From: Alphaproteobacteria bacterium
GTDB lineage: Bacteria > Pseudomonadota > Alphaproteobacteria > Bin95
Length of the DNA stretch: 64,000 nt
Direction: 5' to 3'
NCBI GenBank assembly: GCA_964291285.2
Contig: OZ219785.1
Location: 192,001 to 256,000 of the forward strand
Shown here piece after piece: positions 50,696-63,200 of this stretch (its first letter is position 1; each line of letters opens with the position of its first letter). The position numbers were made by a program, and so were the translations under genes. Under the pieces are notes generated by a model. It was not told where the DNA came from and made no database searches. It saw only the letters and a program-made list of their open reading frames with translations.

Positions 50696-51512
50696 CTACC
50701 CGCCGGAGCCGCGCATCCGGCGGCCCTCGGGGTCGAAGGCGGGTGCGAAGCGCAGGCGGCCGGGACGGCGGTCCCCGGCGATGTTGATCTCGACTTCTGC
50801 GCCGTCCGACACGCCGGAGACATGGGCGAGCGCCAGCGGACGGCCGATACGGTAGCCGAACGCCGCGGAGGTCGTCTGCCCTGCTATGCGTCCGTCGAAG
50901 CAGACCGGCTCGTGGCCGAGCGGCACGGCATCCGGATCGTCGAGCACGATCGTGGCCAGGGTCCGCCGTCCCGTCTTCCGCCGTTCGGCGAGCGCGTCCG
51001 AGCCGATGAAGCTCTTCTTCCGCGAGCACAGCCGGTCGAGCCCCGCCTCGACGGGGCCGATATCACCGTCGAGCTCGTGGCCCATCGCCGCGAAGCCTTT
51101 CTCGATCCGCATCGAGGTCTGCGCATGGAGGCCCGCAGGTGCGGTGCCGGCCTCCCTGAGCGCGGCGTAGATGGCGGAGGCATCCGCCGCCCGGCAGGTC
51201 AGTTCCCATCCGGCCTCGCCCACATAGGAGAGGCGCGCGGCCTGCACCCGCCGTCCGGCGAGATTCGCGCCTGCATGCCTGAAATAGCCGAGCGCGTTCA
51301 GCTCCGGCGCGCCCAGCGCCTCCACGATCCGGGCGCTGTCGGGGCCCATCAGGCCGAGCACTGCATAGGCTTCCGTCACGTCCCGGAGCGCGACCTCGAA
51401 GCCCTCGGCATGGCGGCGGAACCAGGCGAGGTCGCGCGCGATGGCCGCCGCGCCGGTGAAGAGCCTGTACCGGTCTGCGGAGAGGCGCTGTGCTGTGAGG
51501 TCGCTCTCATAG
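50696..51512 (-). pseudogene. C-terminal fragment of a GcvT-family (sarcosine/dimethylglycine dehydrogenase-like) gene
   Basis: YESDLT..RL, RLSYVGEAGWEL, SMRIEKG, FDP.G.RMR; the 5' part is replaced by the IS1634 end. Confidence 0.85.
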
Positions 51513-53526
51513 CCCGACTTCCGCAACTCGGGGGTCATGAGGATGCTAACTCATTGAATAGCCTTGATCGTCTCCCCGAGGGTCGGCACTACAAGGCGGC
51601 GAACGGAGAGGCGGCGCCGTGTGCCGTCAGGCGGAGATCCGGGGTGCGGGTTGCTGCGGCCAGGTCATGCCGAGCTGTTGCAGCAGTAGCTCGTGCTCCT
51701 TGTTCGGCCGGGTGTGGCGCGGCAGGACGAGGTGCCGGCCGTCGGTGGTTGGCAGATGGACGTCCACCATCTGGATGGTGGCGAAGGCCTCAAGGATGGC
51801 GCGTGGGGTGAGGCCCGGGGCGCGCGGCCGGGCGAGGTTCTTCAGGGTCACCAGCAGGCAGTAGGCGATGAACGAGACGAAGATATGCGCCTCGATGCGC
51901 TCTTGGCGCTGATGGAAGATGGGGCGGATCGCGAGGTCGTGCTTGAGTTCCTTGAACGCCTGCTCGATCTCGACGAGCTGCATGTACAGATGCCACAGCG
52001 TGGCGGGGTCTTCGGCGACCATGTTGGATCGCAGCAGGTAACGGCCCTCGCGGCGGCGGACCTGGCGCAGCCGGTCGCGCTGCAGGCGGAATGAGAAGCC
52101 GTTGGCGGCGAGTTCGCTGTCGGTCCCGGGCACGGTGATGTCGACCAGGCTCCAGGCCCGGCCGGCCTCCTTCCTGGCGGCGCCGAGCTTGAGCAACAAC
52201 TGATCCCGGCTGTTCGACTGCCCTTGCAACTCGGCCAATCGACGCCACAGCCTCTTCAGCCGGCGCCGGCGCATGCCGCGTTCCTTCACCTGCCGCCCCT
52301 CGCTGCGCACCAGGACGTAGAGCTCGCCATCCTCGACCAGAAGCTTGACAGTCACGGACTGGCGCACCTCCTGCCAGGGCAGGCCCAGGAACACCTTCTC
52401 GAGCCGCGTCAGCCGGCCCTTGGGCGTGCCCACCAGGTAGCGCACCGGCGCCTCGCCCTCGCGCATCGCGGCCAGCGTCTCCTCGGTGGGGATGCCGCGG
52501 TCCATGATCCACACCCGCTCGGAGCGGCCATACTGATCCTCGATCTTCTTGAGGAACGCCGCCAGCGTGGTGTCGTCGGAGGTGTTGCCCGGCATCACCT
52601 CATAGGCCAGCGGAAAGCCCTGCGGCGTAACGATCAGGGCGATCACCACCTGCACGCAGTCGGGCCGCTTGTCCCGGCTGTAGCCGAAGCGGCGCTTGTC
52701 ATCGAACGGCGGATCGCTCTCGAAGTAGGTCGAGGTCAGGTCGTAGAGCAGCACGTCGAAGCGCGCCTCGAACAGCGTCGCCCAGCGGTCGCGCAGAAAC
52801 GAGAAGAAGCCCTGCTTGTGCGCCAGCAGCTTGTCGAGACAGCGATAGAGTGTGTCGTCGGCGATCGCCCGCTCGCCACCCAGAAGATCGCGAAGCGCGC
52901 TGTGCTCATACCAGTGACGGTGAAGGCGCCACTCGCTGCCCGGGTCGATCAGCCGGTAGCAGACCTGGATCTTCAGGATGTCCAGCCACCGCGTGCCTTG
53001 CCGGCTCGCCGGCAGCCGCTCTTCCCAGAAGCGGTCCAGGTCCAGGCGGTCCCACAAGGACAGCGCCAGCCAGCACGCCCCCCACTGGCGCGGGTCGTGA
53101 AGCGCCACCTGCGAGAGGTCGATCTTCACCACTTCGCAAGTCAGCGCCGGCGCCTCCCGGTCCTCGGGAAACAGCGCCATCTGCCGTGATCGCGACTTGC
53201 CCTCCACCACCTCGATCGAGCGGCACCACGCCGCTCGCTGGCTGTCGTTGATCTCCCCGAGATAGAGCACCTGACGCTGAACAACCCGACCGCCGTGGAC
53301 CCGGACGTTCTCCACAACGCTCCAGTAGCGGTGCTCCTTGCCGTCCTTGAAGCGTCTCTTGCAGCGCACGAACATCAGCGCAGCGTCCGGATCTTCGCCA
53401 GCCCGATCAAGGGGGTAGGTCGGCACTACAAGCCGGTCCCGAGAGGTACTGCACCGAAATCCGACACTTCTCGCGCCGGAAAACCGTCAAATCAGTCGAT
53501 TCTCAAGCCGAGTTGCGGAAGTCGGG
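51513..53526 (-). mobile_element. IS1634-family insertion sequence
   Basis: Inverted repeat CCCGACTTCCGCAACTCGG; the perfect match extends to 22 bp (51510-51531 / 53508-53529). No matching target duplication. Confidence 0.9.
51627..53375 (-). CDS. IS1634 transposase
   Basis: YDLTSTYFE, GYSRDKRPD, MDRG, IEQAFK.LK..L.IRPIFH. Confidence 0.94.
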   Translation of the reverse strand: MFVRCKRRFKDGKEHRYWSVVENVRVHGGRVVQRQVLYLGEINDSQRAAWCRSIEVVEGKSRSRQMALFPEDREAPALTCEVVKIDLSQVALHDPRQWGACWLALSLWDRLDLDRFWEERLPASRQGTRWLDILKIQVCYRLIDPGSEWRLHRHWYEHSALRDLLGGERAIADDTLYRCLDKLLAHKQGFFSFLRDRWATLFEARFDVLLYDLTSTYFESDPPFDDKRRFGYSRDKRPDCVQVVIALIVTPQGFPLAYEVMPGNTSDDTTLAAFLKKIEDQYGRSERVWIMDRGIPTEETLAAMREGEAPVRYLVGTPKGRLTRLEKVFLGLPWQEVRQSVTVKLLVEDGELYVLVRSEGRQVKERGMRRRRLKRLWRRLAELQGQSNSRDQLLLKLGAARKEAGRAWSLVDITVPGTDSELAANGFSFRLQRDRLRQVRRREGRYLLRSNMVAEDPATLWHLYMQLVEIEQAFKELKHDLAIRPIFHQRQERIEAHIFVSFIAYCLLVTLKNLARPRAPGLTPRAILEAFATIQMVDVHLPTTDGRHLVLPRHTRPNKEHELLLQQLGMTWPQQPAPRISA

Positions 53527-53625
53527 CTAACTGCCGCGGCGATGCGGGGAGTTGAGGCTTGCCGCCTTCGTGCGTTCGGCGCGCGACTCTCGCGCACGGC
53601 ACCGACACAGTTGGGGGAAGCCAGA

Positions 53626-54657
53626 ATGGGAACCAAATCGACAATCGCCGCGGCCGCAGCGCTGTTCGTCGGACTCGGCGCATCCAGCGGGCCTGCAAGC
53701 GCAGAGCAGTGGAGCATGGCCACGCCGTGGGGCGGCGGGCCGCTGCTCGAGTACACCGCCAAGGGCATCGCCCAGGAGATCGAGTTCCTCACCAACGGTG
53801 AGATCAAGGTCGAGGTGTTCCCGGGCGGCACGCTCGGGAAGGCGCTCAAAGTGACCGACACCGTGCGCAAGGGTGTCGCAGAGATCAGCCATAACTGGGC
53901 CGGCTACGACTGGGGTGTCGACCGGACCGGCGTGCTGTTCGGCGGCTTCGCCGGCACCATGGAACACGAGAAGATGATCCACTGGATGTTCCGCGGCGGC
54001 GGCGCCGACCTGCTGATGGAATGGCGCATGGCAAAGTTCGACATCGCCTCCATTCCCTGCGGTTCCGCGCCTCCCGAGGTGTTCATGCACAGCCACAAGC
54101 GCGTGTCCTCGCTGGCGGACTATGAGGGCATGAAGGTGCGCACTTCCGGCGCCTGGGCCGAGATCGCGCAAACGCTCGGCGCATCCACGGTCATCCTGCC
54201 CGGCGCCGAAGTCTATCCGGCGCTCGAGCGCAAGGTGGTGGACGGCATCGAGTGGGGCACGCCGTGGATGAATGAGTCGGCCGGCTACGAGAAGATCGCC
54301 AAGTACATCGTGGTGCCCGGTATCCATCAGCCGACCGCGTTCCACGAATGCCAGATCAACAAGGCCGTCTGGGACAAGCTCTCCGACCGCAACAAAATGC
54401 TGCTTCGCCGTGCGGGTGAGCGCATGACGTTCAACTTCTGGATGGAAATCGGCCACCAGGACGCACCGGCCTTCCAGAACTTCCTGAAGGGGGGCAACGA
54501 GGTCGTGGATCTCGATGCGGACTTCATCGCCAAGGCCAAGACCGCCACCGACGAGTGGGCCGCCAAGCAGGCCGGCGAAAACGAATGGTTCGCACGCGTC
54601 TGGAAGAGCCAGCAGGACTACGCCGCGACGTGGTCCGAGGCCCATCGCTACCGCTAG
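53626..54657 (+). CDS. dctP: TRAP transporter substrate-binding protein
   Basis: Signal peptide; GEIKVEVFPGG, GMKVR, EVYPALE..VVDG.E. Confidence 0.92.
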   Translation: MGTKSTIAAAAALFVGLGASSGPASAEQWSMATPWGGGPLLEYTAKGIAQEIEFLTNGEIKVEVFPGGTLGKALKVTDTVRKGVAEISHNWAGYDWGVDRTGVLFGGFAGTMEHEKMIHWMFRGGGADLLMEWRMAKFDIASIPCGSAPPEVFMHSHKRVSSLADYEGMKVRTSGAWAEIAQTLGASTVILPGAEVYPALERKVVDGIEWGTPWMNESAGYEKIAKYIVVPGIHQPTAFHECQINKAVWDKLSDRNKMLLRRAGERMTFNFWMEIGHQDAPAFQNFLKGGNEVVDLDADFIAKAKTATDEWAAKQAGENEWFARVWKSQQDYAATWSEAHRYR

Positions 54658-54668
54658 CGGTGGCCGAG

Positions 54669-54692
54669 CGGGCGGGCCGTCAGGTCCGCCCG
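54669..54692 (+). terminator. Stem-loop after dctP (mRNA stabiliser or weak terminator)
   Basis: CGGGCGGGCC-GTCA-GGTCCGCCCG followed by GTTT. Confidence 0.4.
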
Positions 54693-54770
54693 GTTTCCGT
54701 CACGGTGTCCCCGGCCGCCGCAGTCGGGGCTTCACGCTCGGTTTGCCTCAGCGATGAGGAGTGACACGGC

Positions 54771-55307
54771 ATGGTTGCCCTCATCAGGGGAATAGAGCGT
54801 CTCTCCCAGTCCCTTGGCGTGGTCGGCGCCTGGGTCATGGCGCCGCTCATCCTGTCCATGGTCTACGAGGTTCTGGCGCGTCACCTGTTCGACGCGCCGA
54901 CCTTCTGGGCCTACGAGGTGGGCTACATGCTTGCAGGCACCTGCTACCTGTGCGGCATGGCGTACTGCATGAAGGAGCGCGGCCACATCCGCGTCGACTT
55001 CATCTACGACAATATCGGGCCGAAGGGCCGGGCGGCAGTGGACGTCTGCGGCTTCGTGTTCCTGATGTTGCCGGGAGCGGTCTGGGTCACCTTCGGACTC
55101 GGCGAATATGCCTACGAGGCATTCGAGAGCGGCGAGGTTTCCGGTGAATCCGCCTGGAATCCGGTGATCTGGCCGTTCAGGACGGTCTGGGTCATCGCCT
55201 TCGCGGTGCTGTGCCTGCAGGCGTTCGCCGAGCTCCTCAGGTCGGCCCGGGTGCTGCTCGGCCTGGCCGAGGAGAAAGGCTTCGAACCGCATGGAGTCGA
55301 GCTGTGA
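54771..55307 (+). CDS. dctQ: TRAP small permease
   Basis: YEV.AR..F..PT.WA.E, HIRVD; about 4 TM segments. Confidence 0.92.
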   Translation: MVALIRGIERLSQSLGVVGAWVMAPLILSMVYEVLARHLFDAPTFWAYEVGYMLAGTCYLCGMAYCMKERGHIRVDFIYDNIGPKGRAAVDVCGFVFLMLPGAVWVTFGLGEYAYEAFESGEVSGESAWNPVIWPFRTVWVIAFAVLCLQAFAELLRSARVLLGLAEEKGFEPHGVEL

Positions 55308-55935
55308 CCCTCGGCATAGGCCTCATGATGTTCCCGGCCCTGATGGTGGCCATCTTCATGGGTTTCCCCGTGGCGTGGTCGCTGATGGGAATCGCCCTCA
55401 TCTTCGGCTACTACCGCTTCGGCGACGCGCTCGTCTATCAGCTCGTGGCGAAGGTGGACGACGTCGCCTCCTACTATGTGCTGGCCGCCGTGCCGCTGTT
55501 CGTCTTCATGGGCGTGATGCTGGAGCGCTCCGGCATCGCCGAGCGCCTGTTCGAGGCCATTCACCTTTGGACCCGCCGGCTGCCGGGCGGTCTGGCGGTC
55601 GGCACCGTGCTGCTGTGCGTGGTTTTCGCTGCGGCGAGCGGCGTTGTGGGGGCGACCGAGTCGGTGGTCGGTCTGCTCGCCATTCCGATCATGCTGCGCT
55701 ACGCGTACGACAAGGGCCTCATCTCCGGCACCATCTGCGCGGGCGGTTCGCTCGGCACCATCATCCCGCCGTCGGTGGTGGTGGTCATCCTCGGTCCGGT
55801 GGCCGACGTCTCGGTGGGCGACCTGTTCGTCGGCATGCTGTTCCCGGGCCTGCTGCTCGCGCTGTCCTACGTGCTCTACATCCTGGTGCGATGCATGCTG
55901 AAGCCCGGGGACGGACCGCGCCTGCCGCCGAGTGA

Positions 55936-57369
<1,434 letters not shown>

Positions 57370-57898
57370 CCGACAACACAGTCGCTCTCCCCGACCGCGA
57401 CCATCTTCATCCTGCTGTTCATCGCCTTCATCGCCGGCTTCGTGCTCGATCTGATTTCCATCGTGCTGATCATCATCCCGGTAGCGGTCGCGGTGCTGCG
57501 CAAGATGGGCGTCGACGACGTCTGGTTCTGCATCATGTTCCTGATCGTCATCCAGACCAGCTACCTGACGCCGCCGATGGCGCCTGCCATCTTCTATCTG
57601 CGCGGCATCAGCCCGCCGGAGATCAAGCTGGCGGACATGTACCGCGGCGTGATCCCGTTCATCCTTCTGGAGCTGGTGGTGCTGGCGCTGGTGTACTGGT
57701 TCCCGGGGCTGGCGCTGTGGCTCCCGAGCGTGGTGTTCAAGACATTCTAGAGCGGTCTCCGACCGGTATGAAACGCGTTCCACACCAACGTCCCGCTTTG
57801 GAAGTTTCCATGCAGCGGGTCGCGCCGGCTCTCCCGGAGGCAGTTTGGTTCGAGGCCTCCAGGGCGCGCCGCGCCCCCGCCACAGAGTTGCGTTCCCG

Positions 57899-58903
57899 TT
57901 ACGGCGTCACCACGATCTTGCCGAAGACTTCGCGGTCTTCCAGCATGCGCACGCCTTCCGCGGCGTCTTCCAGCGGCAGTTCGACGTCGATGGGCGGATC
58001 GAGGCGGCCGGCGGCGATGTCCGCCATCATTTCCTTGAGGCCCTCCACGGTCCAGCTGTTGGAGCCGAGGATCTGGAGCTCGAAGGTCCAGATGTAGCGG
58101 ATGTCGGTCTGCGGGTCGAAACCCGCCGTCGCCCCGCAGGTCAGCATCCGGCCGCCGCGCTTGAGCGCCTTCATCGAGGGCACCCAGGTGTCGCCGCCGG
58201 TGAAGTTGACCACGACATCGACGCCACCCTCGTAGGAGCGCCGGAAGGGCTTGCCGTAGCGCTTCCAGATCTCGCGCTCGAATTGCGTCTCGACATAGTT
58301 CAGGCCCTCGTCGGCGCCGAGCGCCAGCAGGCGGTCGATCTTCTCCTGGCTGCTGGCGGCGGCGATGACATGCGCCCCGACCGCCTTGGCGAGCAGCACG
58401 CAGGCATTGCCGACGCCGCCCGAGGCGCCCAGGATCAGCACCGTCTCGCCCGCCTTCACATGCCCGTTCTCGAACATCATGCGGTGCGCCGTGCCGTAGG
58501 CGACCGGCAGCGACGCCGCCTGGGCGAAGCTCACCCCGTCCGGCATGGACACGAGCTGCCCGGCCGAGCAGAGCGCCTTCTCCGCGAGCCCGCCGTCGAG
58601 CATTTCGCCCATCAGGCCCCGCTCCGGCCAGATCGGGTCCACCAGAACCCGGTCGCCGGGAGACCAGCCCTCGACGCCATCGCCCACCGCCTCGATCTCG
58701 CCGGCGATGTCGAGGCCGGGCACCACCGGTATCGGCACCTTGATGCCCGGCATGCCGCGCCGGGTGAAGACGTCGTGGTAGTTGAGCGAGCACGCCCCGA
58801 CCCGGACGACGACCTCGCCCGGCCCCGGCTCCGGTTCCGGCCAGTCGGTGCGGAAGGCGAAGCGGTCCTGCCCGCCATGGCCTTCGAGAACGAGCGCGCG
58901 CAT
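57899..58903 (-). CDS. MDR-family NAD(P)-dependent quinone oxidoreductase/alcohol dehydrogenase
   Basis: LN.HD...RRG, PG.D.AG, GASGGVG, FGKIVV. Confidence 0.92.
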   Translation of the reverse strand: MRALVLEGHGGQDRFAFRTDWPEPEPGPGEVVVRVGACSLNYHDVFTRRGMPGIKVPIPVVPGLDIAGEIEAVGDGVEGWSPGDRVLVDPIWPERGLMGEMLDGGLAEKALCSAGQLVSMPDGVSFAQAASLPVAYGTAHRMMFENGHVKAGETVLILGASGGVGNACVLLAKAVGAHVIAAASSQEKIDRLLALGADEGLNYVETQFEREIWKRYGKPFRRSYEGGVDVVVNFTGGDTWVPSMKALKRGGRMLTCGATAGFDPQTDIRYIWTFELQILGSNSWTVEGLKEMMADIAAGRLDPPIDVELPLEDAAEGVRMLEDREVFGKIVVTP

Positions 58904-58916
58904 GGGCCGGGTCCTC

Positions 58917-60146
58917 CTATTCGGCGGCAGCGGCTTCCTTGGCCGCCATCTTCGCCTTCAGCTGCTCGGGCGTCAGCCGCACTATGTCCTCGTTCTGGTG
59001 CGCATAGCGCCGGGCGCCCTCGACCGAGAGCTCCTCCAGTTCTATCTCGCCGGCGAGCACGCCCGCCTTCCAGGCCGCATGCTCCTCTTCCATCGCATGG
59101 AACTCCGGCATGACCTCGCGGGCGAACAGCTCCAGCGAGGCGCAGATGTCGTCATGCGTGTTCTGCCCGGCCTGGTTCAGCAGGATCACCTGGTCCACAT
59201 TGGCGGCGGCGAAGGCGCGCAGCTTCCGGCGGATGGTCTCCGGCGAGCCGATCAGCCCGGCGGTCAGCGCCTGCTGCGCCTTCTCCGTGTGGCGCCAGTC
59301 CTGGTAGAGCTTCCAGAGGTCGGTCTCGCCCGGGGCGGAGATGCCGTGCCGGCCGTAATGGCTGAGGCAGAAGATGAAGAAGGTCCACCCGGCCGCCTTC
59401 TCGACGGCTTCCTCGTCGGTCTCGCAGCACATGAAGCCCGAGACCATGGCGATGTTCGGATTGGTCGGGTAGTCGCAGATCCTGTCGAGATTGCGGGTGA
59501 GGTTGAGGTAGTAGCGGTTGACCCAGGCCCTGGCCGCCTCCGGCGAGACGAACTGGAAGCCGAGCGCCCCCATGCCCCAGCGGCCCGCGTCCTCGATGGT
59601 GTCGATATTGGAGCACGCGACCCAGAGCGGCGGATGCGGCTTCTGCAGCGGCTTCGGCACGACATTGCGCTTCGGGTAGCTGTAGAACTCGCCGCTGAAC
59701 TCGAAAGCGGTCTCGGTGAAGAGCGGGATCGTCGCCTTGACGCCCTCGATCCAGCGGTCGCGCTTGGAACGCACCTGCACGCCGAAAGGATGCAGTTCCA
59801 CCGGCCCCTGCGCCTCGCCGAGCCCGAGCTCCACCCGCCCGCCGGAGAGCAGGTCGAGGGTCGAGACCTTCTCCGCGACGCGGACCGGATGGTTGGTCGT
59901 GAGCTGGATGACGCCGTGGCCGAGGCGGATGTTGCGGGTGCGCTGGCTGGCGGCGCCAAGGAACACTTCCGGCGCGGAGGAGTGCGAATACTCCTCGAGG
60001 AAGTGGTGCTCGACTTCCCATGCATAGTCGTAGCCGAGTTCATCCGCGAGCTCGATCTGCGCCAGCGACTCGTCCAGCAGGCGCCGCTCGCTGTCCTCCG
60101 CCCAGGGGCGCGGCAACTGGTGCTCGTAAAAGATGCCGAATTTCAT
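58917..60146 (-). CDS. LLM-class flavin-dependent oxidoreductase
   Basis: MKFG.F, EHHFLEEY, LDLLSGGRVELG, PKPLQKPHPP. Confidence 0.93.
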   Translation of the reverse strand: MKFGIFYEHQLPRPWAEDSERRLLDESLAQIELADELGYDYAWEVEHHFLEEYSHSSAPEVFLGAASQRTRNIRLGHGVIQLTTNHPVRVAEKVSTLDLLSGGRVELGLGEAQGPVELHPFGVQVRSKRDRWIEGVKATIPLFTETAFEFSGEFYSYPKRNVVPKPLQKPHPPLWVACSNIDTIEDAGRWGMGALGFQFVSPEAARAWVNRYYLNLTRNLDRICDYPTNPNIAMVSGFMCCETDEEAVEKAAGWTFFIFCLSHYGRHGISAPGETDLWKLYQDWRHTEKAQQALTAGLIGSPETIRRKLRAFAAANVDQVILLNQAGQNTHDDICASLELFAREVMPEFHAMEEEHAAWKAGVLAGEIELEELSVEGARRYAHQNEDIVRLTPEQLKAKMAAKEAAAAE

Positions 60147-60213
60147 GCGGTGGAATTCTCCGACAACCGTCCCTCCGGAATCCTAGCACGAACCGGCCGC
60201 CGGCCGGGCCGGG

Positions 60214-63200
60214 TCACTCCGCCGCTGCGGGCGCCGGCGCTTCGAGGCGTCCGCGGCGGCGTTCCTCCAGCGGGGCGAGGATCAGGCCGAGCAGCGGCGG
60301 GATGATGGTGAGCGTCAGCACCGCCGAGAGTGACAGGCCGCCCAGCACCACCGAGCCCAGCCCCCGGTAGAGCTCCGAGCCCGCGCCCGGAAACAGCACC
60401 AGCGGCGCCATGCCGAATATGCTGGTCAGCGTGGACATGTAGATCGGGCGCAGCCGGTCCCGCGTCGCCTCCCGGATGGCATCCGGCGGCGTCATGCCGC
60501 CCTCGCGGATATGGAACAGCGTCTGGTGGACCAGCAGGATGGCGTTGTTGACGACGATCCCGACCAGGATGATGAAACCCAGCAGGGTGAGCATGTCGAG
60601 CGGCTGGAAGGCGAACAGGTTCAGCACCGCAAGGCCGAGCACGCCGCCGGCCGTCGCCAGCGGCACCGAGATCATGATGACCAGCGGATAGACGAAGCTC
60701 TCGAACAGCACCGCCATGACCAGGAACACGATGGCGACGGCGATCAGCAGGTCGATGACGATGTGGTTCCAGGTGATCGTGAGCTGGTCGGCCGCCCCGG
60801 AGAGCCTGAGCTTCACCCCGGCCGGCAGGCCGTCCGCCCGGAGCGGGCCGATGACCTCGGCGCGCACGAGGTCCATCGCCTCCTCCAGCGGCATCTGCGC
60901 GCGCGGCCGGATCTGCAATGTGACCGTGCGCACCCGCTCCTTGTGCCGGATTTCGGTCGGACCGGTAGTCACCTCGATGTTGGCGAGCGAGGACGCCGGC
61001 AGGATGACGCCGTTCCGCGTCACCACCGGCAGGAAGTCGATGCCCTGCGTGGATGCGACATTGTCGGTCGGCCCCTTGAGGACGAGGTTGGTGCGCCGCC
61101 CGTCTATGGTCACCCTCGCGACCCTGAGCCCGTCATTGAAGGCGTCGATGGTGTCGGCGAACTCCCGCGCCGAGACGCCGTTGTCCGCCAGCCGGAGCCG
61201 GTCCGGCAGCACGCGCACCTCCGGCGCGCCGAGTTCGAGGCCCGGAATCGGGCGGAGCTGGTTGCCCTCGCCGCGCGGCAGCGCCTTCGCGGTCATGCCG
61301 GTCGCCCTGCCGGCGACCGCCATCACCGTTTCGAGATCGGGTCCGGAAATGTCGAGGTCGATGGCCCGCTTGCCGCCTATGCCGCGCCCGAAAATGGACG
61401 CCACGGTGAAGAAGCCGAAGGTTCCGGGCTCGCGGAATGAGGCCTGCTGGAGGACCGGCACCAGTTCTTCCGGCCTTGCGGGATCGGTGGAAGACGCGCC
61501 GACGAATGTGTAGGACGGCAGCGCCACGAAGAAGAAATTCGCGATTTTCGGCGGCTTGCCGGGCTCGGCCTCGGGGCCGGTCTCGCTCGCCCAGAGCGCG
61601 CGCGTCGCGTCTTCGATCTCCTCGGCGATTTCGCTGTTCGTCCTGAGGTTGTAGCCCGGCGGCGGCAGCACCCGGCCGAGCACGAAATTGCGGCTGCCGT
61701 CCGGCAGGTAGTCGAGCTTCGGCGTCAGCCACCAGGCGACGGCGACCGCAAGCCCCACGATGGCCGCGACGGAGACCAGGGCGGCCTTGCGGTTCCGCAC
61801 CACCGCGCCGGCATAGGCGAGCGTCGCGCGCGCATAGCGCCGCGCCAGACCGTCCAGCACCGGCACTTCGACGCGCCCGCCGGTCCAGACCCGCGCGGCG
61901 AGCAGGCGGCGCGAGAGCGCCGGGATGACCGTGACGGCGACGATGAGCGAGAGCATGACCGACACCGAGATCGCCACCGCAATGTCGCGGAACAGCTGCC
62001 CGACCTCGAGGTCCATTGCGAGGATCGGCACGAAGACCAGCACCGTGGTCAGCGCCGAGACCAGGATCGCCCCCCAGACCTGGCTGGCGCCGCGCAGCGC
62101 GGCCTCGCGCGGCGGCATGCCGCGCTCCCGCAGCCGGTAGATGTTCTCCAGCACCACGATCGCCGCATCCACAACCATGCCGACCGCAAAGGCGATGCCC
62201 GCAAGCGACACGACATTCAGCGAACGCCCGAGCATGGCCATGGCGACGAAGGAGCCCACGACCGAGACCGGGATCGCCAGCGAGACGATCAGCGTCGGCC
62301 GCCAGGAGCGCAGGAACAGCAGCAGCATGATCGCCGCCAGGATGCCGCCGACGACGATGTTCTGCCGCACCAGGTCGATGGCGGAGACGATGTAGTCGGT
62401 CTCGTCATAGACCTGGTCCATGACGAGGCCCTCGCCGGGCAGCACGGATTCGTTCAGTTCGGCGACGGCGGCGCGCACGCCCTCCATGGTCTCGATGACA
62501 TTGGCTCCGGCCTCGCGCTTGGCGTTCATCACCACGGCGCTCTTGCCGAGGCGGCGGATGCGCGCGCGCGGCTCCGAATAGCCGTAGGAGACCTCGGCGA
62601 TGTCGCCGACCGTCACGCGCCCGATCCGCCCGGTGGCGCTGTCCGACGCGGTGCGCAGCACGACCGCACGCACGGCTTCCGGCGTGTCCAGATCGCCCTC
62701 CGCGCGCACCAGGTAGCGCCGCTTGCCTTCTTCCACGTCGCCGGCCGAGACCGAAGCGTTGGCGGCCCGCAGCTTCTGGGTGATCTCCGTCACCGTCAGG
62801 CCGAATTGCGCCATCCGCTCCGGCTGCACGGTGATATGCAGTTCGCGCTTGACGCCGCCGAAGGCGTCGGTCCGGGAAACGCCCTCCACGCGTTCCAGCC
62901 GGTCCTGGATCACTTCCTCGACGAAATCGCCATAGGTGTGGACCGGCCGGGCGTTGCCCTTTGCGGTCTGGATCGAGAACCACGCGATGGCGTTGTCTTC
63001 CGCGCTCGCCGTCCGCAGGGTCGGGCGGTCGGCCTCGTCCGGATAACCGGACACGCGGTCGAGCCGGTTCGCGACCAGCAGCAGCGCCCGGTCCATATTG
63101 GTGCCGATGGCGAAGGTGAGCGTCACCCGCGCGCGCCCGTTTTCCGACCGGCTCTCGACATCCTCCAGCCCCTCGACGCCCTTCAGCACCTCCTCCTGGC

